From NCBI RefSeq assembly GCF_009914755.1, contig NC_060948.1: a stretch of DNA of 64,000 nucleotides, one strand, 5' to 3'. The notes under the pieces were generated by a model. That model had not been told where the DNA came from and did not search any database. It worked only from the letters and a program-made list of their open reading frames with translations. This document shows positions 21,361 through 37,853 of the stretch, piece by piece (position 1 is the stretch's first letter; each line of letters begins with the position of its first letter). This DNA comes from the human T2T-CHM13v2.0 reference genome, Homo sapiens. The position numbers and the translations under genes were made by a program.

Positions 21361-21651
21361 ATGATCTCATTGTGTGTTGGAGTTTCCTGTTCTTCAAAAA
21401 GTTAAATTAGTCATGCTTTGCTTGGGCTCATAGTATCTGCCATTTTTTCTAATGCAGGCAAGAAGTGGATGAGTTTCTAATTCATCAGATCTGATAATAT
21501 GAATAGCAAAACTTAGGCATCCCCTATGGTAGAGAAGACATGAAATCATCATCAATTTCACTAATCAAGACCACTTCTCCTTCCTTATTCATCTTCATGG
21601 CCATCAATGTTTCTTGCTCATAATCCTATAAATCAATGGTGTTGAGAAAAT
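21361..21651 (-). pseudogene. Candidate relic exon
   Basis: Acceptor caacttttacag; FLNTIDL*DYEQETLMAMK... then, after a frameshift, ...YEPKQSMTNLTF* (cf. RGS SEENxxFW); weak donor. Confidence 0.45.
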
Positions 21652-21879
21652 CTGTAAAAGTTGCTGAAAGAAGATATTAAAAAGTGTGTGTATAGTAGTC
21701 CATGGTTTTCTTCTCATTTAATTCCTTGTGAAGAAGATATAGTTACTGTGGAGATGAGTTACAAATGAGCCCAGCTTGTGTGTGGTGAGGACATAGATCT
21801 ACTTTCAGGAGTCTACTTTATTTTTATTTTCTACCCTATTCTAAAATACCTCTTCTGTATTTTTTCCCCAGAAAAGAAT

Positions 21880-22615
21880 ATGACTGCCAAGCTCAAGGAG
21901 AAGTAAGTAAGCAAGCTATAAATCCTCCCTAATAGGCAGGAAATTAAAGAAAGAAAGATAAATAAAATTTAAAAGAAAGAGAAATTAGCTTTCCCTTATT
22001 AGGCTGACTTGTCTCAGAGGCAGCAACAGGCACAGCCCAGACCCAGGAAAAGTCTTGATAATACTCTCTAAGAAGCTAGGACACAAAGAAATGTGCTCTG
22101 GAGACTCTCCCAGCACTCCCTCAGCATACAGAGAAGAAAAACAAATTTTCCTTTGTTTTATGGTATGAGTTTATAGATTCTTGTTTCTGTAACTAGTTAC
22201 TTCAAGTATTCTATTTTAGCTAAGTAATGGAATGAAGGTCATGAACCATCTGAGCAGGTCTGAGATAGAGCCACCTGGGCACCATAGTGAAGGTCATGGA
22301 ATAAGCTGTATTAGGCACTAGGGCAAACCTAGATAACAGCCATATGGGTTGCATAGCAATTGTCATATGTAATTCTGTGTTATGAACCTGTCACAATTTG
22401 CTTAATTATTCTGCCTCCATATCCTTGCTTTCATGCCACTGTAACTGTAAGCCTGCTTCAAGCTACCCCACCTGCTTTTTGAAGTGTGTATAAAAGTCAA
22501 GTGCTGTCTTTGTCCTGGGCCCAGGTTTTGGATGTTAAGTCTGCTCAGTCTGAGTGCACTCAATATCCTCCTGTATATACCCCAAGGCCTCTCTCATCCT
22601 CCTGTTTCTGCAACA
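21880..22615 (+). mobile_element. Unclassified ERV solo LTR
   Basis: gtgtataaaag TATA, ends cctcctgtttctgcaaca. Confidence 0.55.
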
Positions 22616-23845
22616 CAAGCCACTCTTTATTCAAATCTAACTATATTTTGAATTAATATTATGTTTGAGGGCTAATAATTCTTGATCACCAATTACACAC
22701 ACACATAGTCTTAAAATCAGCTATAACCCCATTGCCAATGCTCTAATATCACCTCACATATGTTCATTTGTATACTGTTTTTCTCCTTTTTCTAGGTCTG
22801 TTTTCTACCCAAATTGGTCATATAATTGGCATACGTTGGCAAGCTCCAGGCAAATTAATCAACTAAGTAAATTTATCTCCCTGTCTCCAACCTCTGCTTC
22901 TTCTAAATTCAATCACTTTATGCTTTAAAATTCACCCTTGCCTCTCCCCTGCTCGCAGTGCAGGTCTTTGTTCTGTCACTCAAAGTTCACAATGAGGTAT
23001 TAAGGGCTTTGAGGCGTACAGAACAGAAAGCCTCCCCAAACACCCAGAGTTCCAAACCTGTAGAAGAATAAAAACACATGCAATTGTGACACATATTTTT
23101 CATCTAAAGGATTAAAATAATTTAAAGGAGTTCAGCATTTTAAAAATTAATTACTGCTTTGTCTTTTGGTGAAAACAAGGACTCATCTGTTTTGCAGAAA
23201 ACTGAGGTCATGATTTCTTTTTACTTTTTTTTATTGAAACAGATGATTTGCATTAAAAATGATATTTGCTAAGGGAATTCCAGTCTTTAGAGAGAGTCCT
23301 CAAAATGAAGTTTCAGGAGGTGCCACTCCAATCTCAGCCAATTTGCAGAAAATAACCCTACACAGCAAGATAAAAATGCAGCTCACATTTCTCTCCTGCA
23401 AAAGACTAGGAGGCAAGAAGTCTTAACATCACCAGAGGGGAAGCTTCTCTCTCTAGCCACATCCTGGTAACTCCCCAGGAGCTTACTAGGGAACTTGGAC
23501 ATGCAGCCTCTTTCTGGAGCCAGAATGGCTAACATGGATTCAGATAACTTCCTGTATTCTCAGAGTCCATAAATTTTTCTGAACTGCCAAGAGTGCAAAT
23601 CTTGGTTAACCCTGTACTTCCTCAAAAATGCATACTCTCTGGGAGAAGTTTTCTAGATAAGCCATGCACCCAATTACCTCATCACTTGCCTTTGATAGTC
23701 TATGTCCCTAGTCCCCTGACAATCCCCAAGACCATTTTTGTCTTTGCTGTCTGCCTCTGAGGCAATTCTTCAGAGGGTATTTCATTCCTCAGGTCACCTC
23801 CATAGTCTTGTTGCATGGTTTACAAACTCCCTACCTCCTACACAT

Positions 23846-25000
<1,155 letters not shown>

Positions 25001-25699
25001 AGAGTTTCCCCTTCCATATGCATAATTTGTTGGACACACTGGCCTCCCAGTTCCATAATTAACCTCCCCAGCCATCCCGATTCCATAAGTCACTTCCAGA
25101 ACCACTATTTGTCTGTCATCACTCAAGACGCACAACACAAGTGGCTCCTCCTGCAATTCCAGCTCTCGGTGATCCCTACGGGCCCTGCCATCTGAACTCT
25201 TGGAAATGCCAGTCCTTGATTCTCCCACTTCCTCTCTGTGAATACACCCTCTTCAACTTTGACATAACTATTTTCTAAGTTGGAAAATTGTGTTTCTTGT
25301 TCAACAAGTCTATCTGACCATATGTGGAATTTACATCACCTCTGCACCTCTATTAATTATTTGCTTTATTATATCTTTTTTTTTTTTGAGTCAGAATCTC
25401 ACTCTGTTGCCCAGGCTCAAGGGAGGTGGTGTGATCTTAGCTCACTGCAACCTTGAACTTCTGGGTTCAAGCCATCCTTTCACCTCAGCTAAAAATAATT
25501 CTCAAACCAAAGTGATGTATTTGGAGATTACACACTCTGATGCCTTTCAGAGTATTTAGGCAGATATAACACACAGACAAATACACATACTTTATACAAT
25601 TTTATAGAAAACAAATTTATGCATTTATACTTGCCATTGTATTCACTGATGCAGACACATCTGTGAGACTTAAATAAGTAACCCAGAAAAGAAGTCAGA

Positions 25700-25911
25700 A
25701 AATTTTGTAACAAGAGCCAAATCTGACCCACAACTGTTTGTGTAAATAAAGTTTTATTTAAGCACAGCCACACCTATACATTTATATATTGTGCATGACT
25801 GCTTTTGCAGTACAACGATGGAGTTGTGTAGTTGCAATAGAGACTGAACGGCCTACCAAGCCAAAATCATTTACTATTTGGCCCTTTGCTGAAAAAATTT
25901 GCCAATCTCTG
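25700..25911. mobile_element. MER58A-like hAT DNA transposon
   Basis: gtaaataaagttttattt..cacagcca...tttactatttggccctttgctgaaaaaatttgccaa. Confidence 0.75.
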
Positions 25912-27099
25912 AACTAGAATATTAAATGAAAGAAATATCTGAAACTCAGAGCAACAATACAGAAATAAAAACCATGGAGGAAAAGACAAGAAACTTGAAT
26001 TACATGTTTGGGAGAACAGTGATGTGATATTCGCACATCACAACATGTGAAAAAAAAAATGGAACAGATGAAGGAGAAAGAATGACAAAACAAGTAATAG
26101 AATAAAAATTCCCTGGGGTCAAACACTTAGATAACTGTTGTTCCTAGCATATGTTCTCAAATCCTTACCATTGAGAGAAGTAATATACAAATGGATGGTG
26201 ACTAGACCATATATAAAGAGAGAGATCTAATCTGTAAGCTGCAGTAACTCACCCAGGAAGCTAACAGCAAGCCCTGTAGCAACCAGCTGAAAATGTCCAG
26301 AACCTGAGCAATAACTATGAGCTTCCCTAATTTTTCCCCTATTTCCAACTTAGGACAAAGCAGAGAAACCCAAATGTGCCCCCTAACCAGTCACACAGGA
26401 TGTCTCACTTCTGGTGAACCCCCAACTGCCTCCAGTCAGAACACACCTTAGTTTTCCCTTTTCCCCCACTATAAAGCTTCCCCATGGCTGTGTCAGCCTT
26501 TGAATCTCTGCCAGATGTGAGTGATGATGGCTGATTCCTTTGCTACACCAAGCTCGGAATAAACACCTTGCTTCTTTTCACGTAGGTGGCATTCATTTAT
26601 TTCCACACCTTCATCTCTAAATTCATCATTACCTGACCACTGTTGCCTGCCTCTTCAATACCTGCTACACTCCAGCAAATGCTAACCAACTTTAGTTCCT
26701 CAATATCTGCTACTTTTTCCTATGAGCCAAGGCACTGGGGCCTCTTCCTGCTAGAAACCTCAAGCAGGAACCCCATCTTCCTGCTAGGAACCCCTATTCC
26801 CTTCTTCTTTTGCTCAAGGTAGCCTTTCCGTTTGTCACTCATTGGCAAGGGCTCAGAAAGTGCACAGGCATCAGGAAGCCTCCTCTGATCACCATTCATT
26901 CCCACCTTAAGATTACATCTAAGTCATCTATCCCCATGCAACTTGTACCAGGGGTAGCCAATGCCCACTAACTTCTCAGCCCTTTCGTCCACCATGTAGC
27001 TTATGAAAGTTGATGAATCCATCCTGCTCTTCACTGAACTGACAATGACAAGCACAGTACCAAGAATATTGTGTATCTTGGCTTGTCAGATGCACTTAC

Positions 27100-27354
27100 A
27101 GATGAATTACTGTACAAGTGTGCAAGGTTCCTTTTTGGTTACCAAAGTGATGATTCTGCCATGAATCTGCCTAACATGGAGTTTCACAAAGGGCTTTGCA
27201 CAAACAAGAGAGGCTACCTATGATCTGCACACTTTCTGTTTACCCCTGTAAAGAGAGGAGCTTTGCTTATGTCAGTTGGATCTTTGCTTCTGGGTTGAAA
27301 ATCTTTGATTTATGGGTTAGGATGATGTAGTCATCTTTGTCCATTTGTTTGTGT
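27100..27354 (-). pseudogene. Candidate relic exon
   Basis: Acceptor ctcttctgtccttaatag, donor t|gtaagt; HKQMDKDDYIILTHKSKIFNPEAKIQLT*AKLL... Confidence 0.5.
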
Positions 27355-27409
27355 CTATTAAGGACAGAAGAGCAAGTTCACTTTGCTAGAAGCCAAAGTC
27401 TTTTTTTCT

Positions 27410-27762
27410 TGTCTTAGTCCATTGAGTCTGCTATAACAAAACACCTAAGACTGAATGGCTTAACACATTGATTATGCACAGCTCTGGAGGCTGGAGACCC
27501 ATGATCAAGGCATGGCAGATTCTATGTCTGGTAAGGACTCATTTCCTAGTCCACAGATCACCTTCTCACTGTGTCCTCCCATGGTGGAAGAGGTGAGGGA
27601 ACCCTCTGGGGTCTGTTTTATAAGGGCAATCATCGCATTCATTAGGCTCCATCTGCATGACCACATCACCTCCCAAAGGCCCCAGGTCATAACACCATCA
27701 CCTTGAAGGGAGGATTTCAACACATGCATTGTGTGAAGACACAGATATTTAGTCTGTAACAC
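27410..27762 (-). mobile_element. MLT1/MST MaLR LTR
   Basis: tgtcttagtccatt...ctataacaaaacacctaagactg...ctggaggctgg. Confidence 0.75.
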
Positions 27763-28175
27763 ACACCTTGTGGAAGATTTTTTTTTTCCTTTTGCATCTC
27801 AAAGAGGAATTGAATAGCTATCTACTGTAAACGGATACACAAAGCATACAAACACACACAGAGTTATTTCATCATTTAAAAAATGGTCTCATAGCAGATA
27901 CATGTCTGTTTGCCTGAAAACTATATGTACACTGCTTGTTCTTAATGCTTTTTATAAAATGGCAACAGACAGGACAGAAGTGATAGACACTATTCCCCAG
28001 TATTCCAATTATGTTTCTCTGTTTTCTTTTGTAACTATGTTTTAGATAAATGTGTTAAAATGCTTATTATTAAAAAAAAGCTATGTGCACTGGTGCATCC
28101 CTCTAAGTAAGTAAATAAATAAATAAAATAAAATGCAGACTGTATGAAAGGGTAAGAACAAAGATAAGCCTTCAC

Positions 28176-28331
28176 ATCTCTTTATATTCCTTCTCACTGA
28201 CTTCTGACAACTTATTAACTTCCCCTTCTTGAGCAACAAGTGTTGAGTCCTATATAGCAGACTTCCCAATGAATGAGGATGTCTAATACATTGTAAATGG
28301 CTCCCCAGGTAAAACCACATTTTAAAAAACC
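28176..28331 (-). pseudogene. Candidate relic exon
   Basis: Acceptor ttttgttttaccttcag after a ~99-bp intron; GFLKCGFTWGAIYNVLDILIHWEVCY; weak donor gtgaag. Confidence 0.5.
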
Positions 28332-28430
28332 CTGAAGGTAAAACAAAATTATTATTCAACAAAACATAAATGTGAATAAGATAAAAATAATGATTTGTTT
28401 TTCCAAGTGTCGCATCCACTGAGATCCTAC

Positions 28431-28555
28431 CTTCTGGGTGGTTAGGATAGCAAGGGGCTCCATAAGCAGTCTCTATAAAATGTGTAAATTCATAGCATTC
28501 TTCAGTTTTTTTCCCACAGTGAACCAGTGTTCAACTCACAGCCTTAAAATAAGAC
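28431..28555 (-). pseudogene. Candidate relic exon
   Basis: Acceptor ttctaatttcctcattatag, donor aag|gtagga; GLILRL*VEHWFTVGKKLKNAMNLHIL*RLLMEP. Confidence 0.55.
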
Positions 28556-28649
28556 CTATAATGAGGAAATTAGAAAAAAAAGCAAATAAATTTCTTTGAT
28601 TCACACAGAGGGTAACTGCAGGATTTTTTTCCCCCTTTTTTCTCTGAGA

Positions 28650-28965
28650 CCTCCCGTGCCCAAGGCCTTGCACTGGGATATCCTGTATGGGAGACATGGA
28701 GTTAAAATAGATTATTTTGGAGCTTTAAGACTTAATAACTGCCCTGCTAAGTTTCAGACTTGCATGGGGCCTGTAGCAGCTTTCTTTCAGCAGATTTCTT
28801 CCTCTAGAAATGGGAGTATTTATTCACTGCCTATACTCCAATGGTATCTTGGAAGAAACTAACTTGTTTTTGATTTTACCAACTCACAGGCAGAAGGAAT
28901 TTACCTTCTTTCATATGAGACTATGGACTGTGGACTTTCGAGTTAATGCTAGAATGAGTTAAGAT
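28650..28965. mobile_element. MaLR (THE1/MST) internal fragment
   Basis: gagacatggagttaaaatagattattttggagctttaaga...gagttaatgctagaatgagttaaga. Confidence 0.7.
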
Positions 28966-28966
28966 G

Positions 28967-30460
<1,494 letters not shown>

Positions 30461-31809
30461 GAAAATACTCTTCTAAGGTTTCTTGACTTGCTGACATCAT
30501 CCTCAAACTGAATACTTCACACATTGTGATAGTAAATACTGTTGCTCATACCAATGAGGTAACATTAAATGAGGATGTTGATAATCCTTTGAAAGGGAGA
30601 GAAACACAACCATATTTGCAAAGGTAGACTCTCCAGTTCATTGACTCTTTTGCTTAATCCTTCTTCACTAGTTCTGCTTCCTACATTTTGTTACCCACCC
30701 AACTTAAATTCCATGGTTCAACACCTGAAGAATTCTCCAAAATGTTTAATTATTTGCCCCATTGTCTATGTAAACATTTACCTGGAAATCTGCCATCTTT
30801 GAGTGAGCCCAAATGCCAGAGATCCCCTTCTTACCCAGGGGCTCATCTTTACTAGAAATGTGGGTGCCATGGCACAGTTGAGTCCTTCATTCCAACCAGG
30901 TCTCCAAACTGCCTTGTCATCCTAGTTTTTGCCATTGACAAAATCAACATCTAACTATATGCTATCGTCTAACATTAGACCTTTCCAGTGCCAATCCCAC
31001 CAACTTCTCATCTACCCAACACACAAACACGCTCTTAATAGATAATTATAGGAAGGGGAGAAATAAAACCTTTGTTATCTTTAATTTAGTTACTGGGAAC
31101 TTCAAATTAAACTGACAGAAGACAAGTTTACAGAAGAAATGGTTTATTTTGTATGTACACATGGGGAGACACATGGAAAAGAAGTGAGGACCCTGAAGAG
31201 GTGCTTGGACCTAGGGGATTATATACCACCTTAACACAGGGTGATAAAGTTTAGAGAAGGAACTAGACAAAGGCAAATGGAATTTAAGCATCTAGGATGG
31301 GGGTAAGTTTGTAGAAGGTGGCTAGAAAATGCCTGGTAAGTATAGATTATTATATAGACTCAAGTCATCTCAGGTGATAATCCCTATCTCTGGAATCATC
31401 CATGAGAGGACACCTTTATAAATGAAATTTTTCTTTACAAATGAATTTTCTTTTCAAAGGGAAAACATATGCCCTGCATTTTAACAGAAAGGGGGAGGGT
31501 AGAGAGCTTGTTCTGTGCCTGCTCTTATTCAGTAGCCTTTAGCTCAAAGTAATGCTTGCACCGAAATGTCATATTTTTGGGTGGCATATTTTGATCCCCT
31601 TCATAATCTTACCACATACTTCCTGGAAATGGAAAAGCTACCCATAGGGAATTCACTCCATTTCTCAGCCTCAGCCCTTCCAATATTTTTGAGTCTCTTT
31701 CCCTCCTCTGGTCACAGAAGATTACAGAAGGTATGTCCTTGCACTTTTGCACGTTGTAGTGAGCTAAGTAGTATTCTCCACTGATAATTCATAATTCATG
31801 GCCATCTGG

Positions 31810-32376
31810 AACTTCACAATGTGTCCTTATCTGGAAGTAGAATCTTTGCAGGTTAAGTAGGCCCTAAATTTAGTGACTGGCACCCTTATAAGAAGAGGAG
31901 AGGAGGACTGGGTGTGGTGGCTCATGGTTGTAATCCAAGCACTTTGGGAGGCTGAAGCAGCTGGATAGCTTGAGACCAGGAGTTTGAGACCAGCCTGGGC
32001 AACATGGTGAAACATCATCTGTACAAAAAAAGAGAAAAGTTGGCCAGTCTCATAACCCATTTTTGAAAAAAATAAATAAACAGGAGAGGAGAGGACACAG
32101 AGAGATATAAAGAAAAAGACCATGTGAAGATGGAGATGGAGATCGGAATGATGCATCTGCAAGTCAAAGAACATCAAGAATGGCTGGCAACCACCAGAAG
32201 CAGGAAGTGTCTTGGAGAGAGTGTTTCCTAGAGCATCTAGAAGGAACCCATTCTGCTGACACCTGGATTTCAGATGCTTCTGGCCTCCAGAAGGCTGAGA
32301 GAATAAATCTCCGTTAGTTTGAGCCATGCAGTGTGTGGTAATTTGTGATGGCAGCCCTCCAGGAAACCAATGCACA
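31810..32376 (+). mobile_element. MLT1 MaLR LTR with nested Alu monomer
   Basis: aatctttgcagg...ccatgtgaagatggag...tggcctccagaaggctgagagaataaat. Confidence 0.75.
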
Positions 32377-32661
32377 CGCCTTGCTGGGGTGATTTCATTC
32401 ACATGCACCTTCTCCATCCTGGGTCCTACTGTCTCTTTGGGTAGACCATGTTTTATTAATTATCCCATTTCCTGCAGCTGGGACTGCTTACTGTCCGTGT
32501 AGCCTTCCCTAAGCAAAGCCATAAACTGGTGTTTTTCATCATAGAAACAGAACAAACAATGACAACAACAAACTTTTTTTTATCCCAAGTAAAAGAGAGA
32601 ATTGCATTTCTACTGATTGAAAGTAAAACATAATGGGCTAGTGCAAAGTAGATGTAGAAGC

Positions 32662-33205
32662 TTTTTTTTATTTGTATAAATTTAAGGGATACAAGTGCAG
32701 TTACACGGATATAGTGCATAGTGGTGAAGTCTGGGCTTTTAGTGTATCTATCACTTGAATAGTGTACATTGTAGCCATTAAATAATTTCTCATCCCTCAA
32801 CCCCCACCATCCTGCCCTTCTGAATCTCCAGTGTCTATTATTCCACATTGGATGTCCATGTGAACACATTCTTTATCTCCCACTTATAAGTGAGAGAATG
32901 CAGAATTTGACTTTCTGTTTCTGAGTTGTTTTACTTGAGATAATTGCCTCCAGTTCTAGCCATGTTGCTGCTAAATACATGATTTTATTTTCTATGGCTC
33001 TGTAGTATTCCACTGTGTATATATATCACATTTTATTTATCCAAACATCCCATCATCCATCAGTGGACACTGAGGTTGATTTCACATCTTTGCTATTGTG
33101 AATGGTGCTGTGATAAGCACACATGTGCAGGGATATTTTTGATATAATGATTTCTTTTCCTTTGGGCAATCACCCAGTAGTGAGGTTGCTGGATCATGTG
33201 ATAAT
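32662..33205 (-). mobile_element. L1MA/L1PB 3' fragment
   Basis: ctcccacttataagtgagagaatgcag...ttgctattgtgaat. Confidence 0.85.
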
Positions 33206-33256
33206 AGAGCTTTATGTACTATTTTGGTTCCCTGTTCCAAGGTGAAACATTGATAC

Positions 33257-34189
<933 letters not shown>

Positions 34190-34593
34190 CTGCTAATCAC
34201 ACCAAACATCTGTCCCCTTCCTGATTTATTCAGTCTCTAACCCCACAAAACACTCACAGAAACTTCACTCTTCCCAGAAAAAAATGATTTCCTTATTCTT
34301 TTCTGAAAAATAAAAAATAAAATAGAAAGCTACACACTAACACCACAGGTTTTGATGAAAACTTTGATTATTCAGCTTTTATTTTATACCCTTCTACATG
34401 CACTTTGGAAGATTGAAAGGAAAAAAATGAATCAAACTTGCACCATTCACTATGCTTTGTTTCTGTTTTTTTTTTTTTTTTTAAGTGTTAACCTATGGCT
34501 TTGAAGCCACTATTTCTGGTGGGAAGATAGAAGTAAAATTAAAAACAAGAAATAAAATAATAAAACAGAAAAATGTCTCACAGAAAAAACACC

Positions 34594-34672
34594 GTGTGGG
34601 GTGTGTGTGACTGTGTGTGTTTGTATGTTTGTGTGTGTGTGACTGTGTGTGTGTGAGTGTATGTGTGTGTGT
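34594..34672. repeat. (GT)n microsatellite
   Basis: gtgtgt tract. Confidence 0.85.
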
Positions 34673-35029
34673 TTACCAGGATCCCAAGGTCTGTAACCCC
34701 CATGAGAGATGAAAACAAAATTTCACCCACATCCTAATCAAAATGAGTCTCCCAAGTTGCATTGGAAAGAATAAAAAGTCCAGTGTCCTTGCAAACTCAC
34801 AGACTTGTCTGTTCTTTTTTTATACCACAGTGACAAAAATATTAAATTATGTTTTTATACTGCAAGCCTCCAACAGAGTAGGGAGCATTAATTATGGAGT
34901 ATATTTTTGGAAAATAAGATGGAGCTTTCAGAATGGAGCAAGAAGGGATGAAGACAGGTGCCCTTACTCTCCCTCCAATCACTTCAGTCAACGCTGGCAA
35001 CTATACAAACTTATGAGGCTATGACTCAC

Positions 35030-35075
35030 CCTGTTCATGTTTCATGGAAGTTTTTACAATTTGTGAACACTCATC
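35030..35075 (-). pseudogene. Candidate relic micro-exon (46 nt)
   Basis: Strong acceptor ctgccttttcttctttttaag and donor g|gtgagt; DECSQIVKTSMKHEQ(G), in phase with the next exon. Confidence 0.6.
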
Positions 35076-35429
35076 CTTAAAAAGAAGAAAAGGCAGTTTC
35101 AAAAATTAAAGGGGAAAAAGATACATTTCTCCTACCTCACCACCACACAGAAACCTGAAAAGGCTTAGCAACAAAACTAAAATCCTGAGATTGACAACTT
35201 TTTTCTTACTTGGAAAATCTCATTAGAGCTTACACTATGAAAAGTCCTAACATGCATATTTCCATATGGTTGTGAGAAAACAGCCTCACCCCTCACAATG
35301 TAGAAATCATTAATGCTAACAAGAGAAACATAAGTCCTGGGAAAAGGGATCTTTGGCAGTTTGCACCAGAGAAGAAAAAAGATTTATTCTTAGAGCCTGT
35401 CCGCAGGCTCTTAGAATTCTAGACATCCT

Positions 35430-35805
35430 TGCCAGGTGTGGTGGCTCACCCCTGTAATCCCAGCACTTCAGGAGGCTGAGGCGGGTGGATCACTTAGGGC
35501 AAGGAGTTCAAGAACAGCCTGGGCAACAAAGCAAGATCCTATCTATACCAAAAAATAAAAAAATTAGCTGGGCGTGGTGGCATATACTGGTAGTCTCACC
35601 TCTTTGGGAGGCTGAGATAGGAGGATCACTTGAGCCCAGAAGGTTGAAGCTTCAGTGAGCTGTGATTGTCCAGTCTGGGTGACAGAGTGAGACCCTGTCT
35701 AAGAAGAAGACAGATGAGGAGGAGGAGGAGGGGGAGGAAAATGAAGAGGAGGAGGAGGAGGAGAGGGAGGAAAAGAAGGAGAGGGAGGAGAAAAGAAGAA
35801 AAGAA
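35430..35805 (+). mobile_element. AluJ-like with GA-rich tail
   Basis: Sense Alu followed by (GAG)n. Confidence 0.85.
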
Positions 35806-37164
35806 ATGTGAACATTCCCATGCATAGTGACCAAAGGTAGAAGAAGCCTTGTAAATTTTCTTTTTTTTTTTTTTTTTTTTTTTTTTGCTTTTGTGGAAAA
35901 CAAATGTAATTCAGGAGTCAGCAGAGGGAAAAGACACAGAAATGATCTGAAGATACTGGCAATTTCTGCTTAGAGCTGCTTTCCACTGTCCCCTCTTCAG
36001 AAACTCAACACTGTCTTCTCCCTTCCTTCCCTATGAATGTTCATGGCTCCTGGGGCTGGGGTTGAGAGTCTTTGTTTACCTTCCCTCCTGCTGGCTTCAG
36101 ACTATCACAGATGCTGGGAAACTTTGATCTGCTGAATCCTGTTCCTCCTTGGAAGCTACTGGAGTCTGCATAAACACCCCTAAGACCTCTGAGCTCCTGT
36201 CCCACTGAGCTGTTCATGAGGCATCCCGGGTGTCAGTAGGTCAGCTGCCCTCTGTGCATGGCATGCAGGAGGAGGAGCCAGAGATCCCTTTAAACCCCCT
36301 TTAGCTCTTACTGAGCTCTGTAGCTGCAACTAGAAACCAAGTTGACACTAGGCAGATTAACAAAGGAAAACATACATATTTTAATTTTCCATAGACAATG
36401 GGGATATTCCCAAGAGTGATGTTCAAAGAGGTGATGAAACCAAGACACTTTTGTACTTTTAGACGAAGAATGACAAATTTGAGAAGAAATGAAAAACAAA
36501 GAGAATCTGACTGGGGCAGTGAATTTCTGGGAAAGTCACAAGGAGATATATGGGAGGGGTTAAACTAGTGTGAAGCGCATTTGTTGAGGTCCATTGCAGG
36601 TCCCAAAGCCCAGTCTCTGGTGATGACAGCTATTTTCTCACCCTGGTAAGGGGAGGAATCCCCTCCCAGAGGAATCTTTATAGCTTGCTGCCTGCAGGAA
36701 GAGACAGGTCGACTAGCCCTTTCTGAAACTACAATTCTCCAGTGTTTTCAACTCTAAATATGAAAGATACGAATCCAGCATATTTTGGGAAGGCACGTCC
36801 TTCTCTCCTTCAACAGCACAAATAGGTATCACAACCTAGGGCATATATGAGCCACCCTGGTGATATCTAGGAATCTCAAGAAGAAGAGAGAGAAGAAAGA
36901 AAGGAGAAACAAGGGAGGAAGACAGGTAGAGAAAAGAGAGAGAAAAAGGAAGGTAGGGAAAGGAAGTGGGGGGAAGTATATGAGAGAGAGATGTAGAAAG
37001 AAACGTGGGGGAGAGAGACAGAGAGCACAGAAGCAGTTATATAGCTATACTTAAAAAGCCAGGAGGCCCAGGACTAGAGAAAAAACAAATCCCTTTGTTC
37101 TATGAGGTACAGATTTTTTTCTCTCTTCCCAAAAATGTCATTATTTTTCTTCTCCTGACTCATA

Positions 37165-37755
37165 AGAATATCAATAAAGAGTCAAACTCTGTAAAATATT
37201 TGAAGAGATTTATTTTGAACAAATATTTTTATAGGAATGGGGTCCAGGAAACAGACCCCAAGAGAGGGTTCTTATCTGGTGCAAGAAATAATTTGGGGCA
37301 AGTCCATAGAGTAAAGTGAAAGAAAGTTTATTAGGAAAGTAAAGGAACAAAAGAATGGCTACTCCATAGACAGAGCAGTCCCAAGAGGGCTGCTGGTTGC
37401 CCATTTTTATGGTGATTTCTTGATGATATGCTAAACAAGGGTGGATTACTCCTGCCTCCTCTTTTTTGACCATATGGGGTAACTACCTGACATTGCCATG
37501 GCATTCGTAAATTGTCATGGTGCTGGTGGGAGTGTAGCAGTGAGGACGATCAGACATCACTCTACTACCATCTTGAGTATCTCAGTCCCATTCTCATCCA
37601 AGGCACCGTAAAAACTAGAATCCCTCCTTCCCAAGGTGGATCCAAGAAACAAGACACCTTTTTCCCCAAAGCCAGGCATAAAGCCTAAAAGTATGACTCT
37701 AACTCCCTCTACTCACCTTTCCATGTAAAAACTGGCCATAAAGAAATGATCTGAG
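37165..37755. mobile_element. Nested LTR fragments (MER4-like end, MER41 antisense, MER34/39-like)
   Basis: gagtcaaactctgtaaaatatttgaagagattt; cccaagagagggttctt; aaaactggccataaagaaat. Confidence 0.65.
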
Positions 37756-37853
37756 GGCAAGGCACAGTGGCTTACACCTGTAATTCCTACATTTTGGGAG
37801 GCCAAGGTGGGAGGATCCCTTGAGTCCAGGAGCTTGAGAACAACATGGGCAAC
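37756..37853 (+). mobile_element. Alu left-arm fragment abutting the tandem array
   Basis: ggcacagtggcttacacctgtaat...catgggcaac, then the repeat starts. Confidence 0.85.
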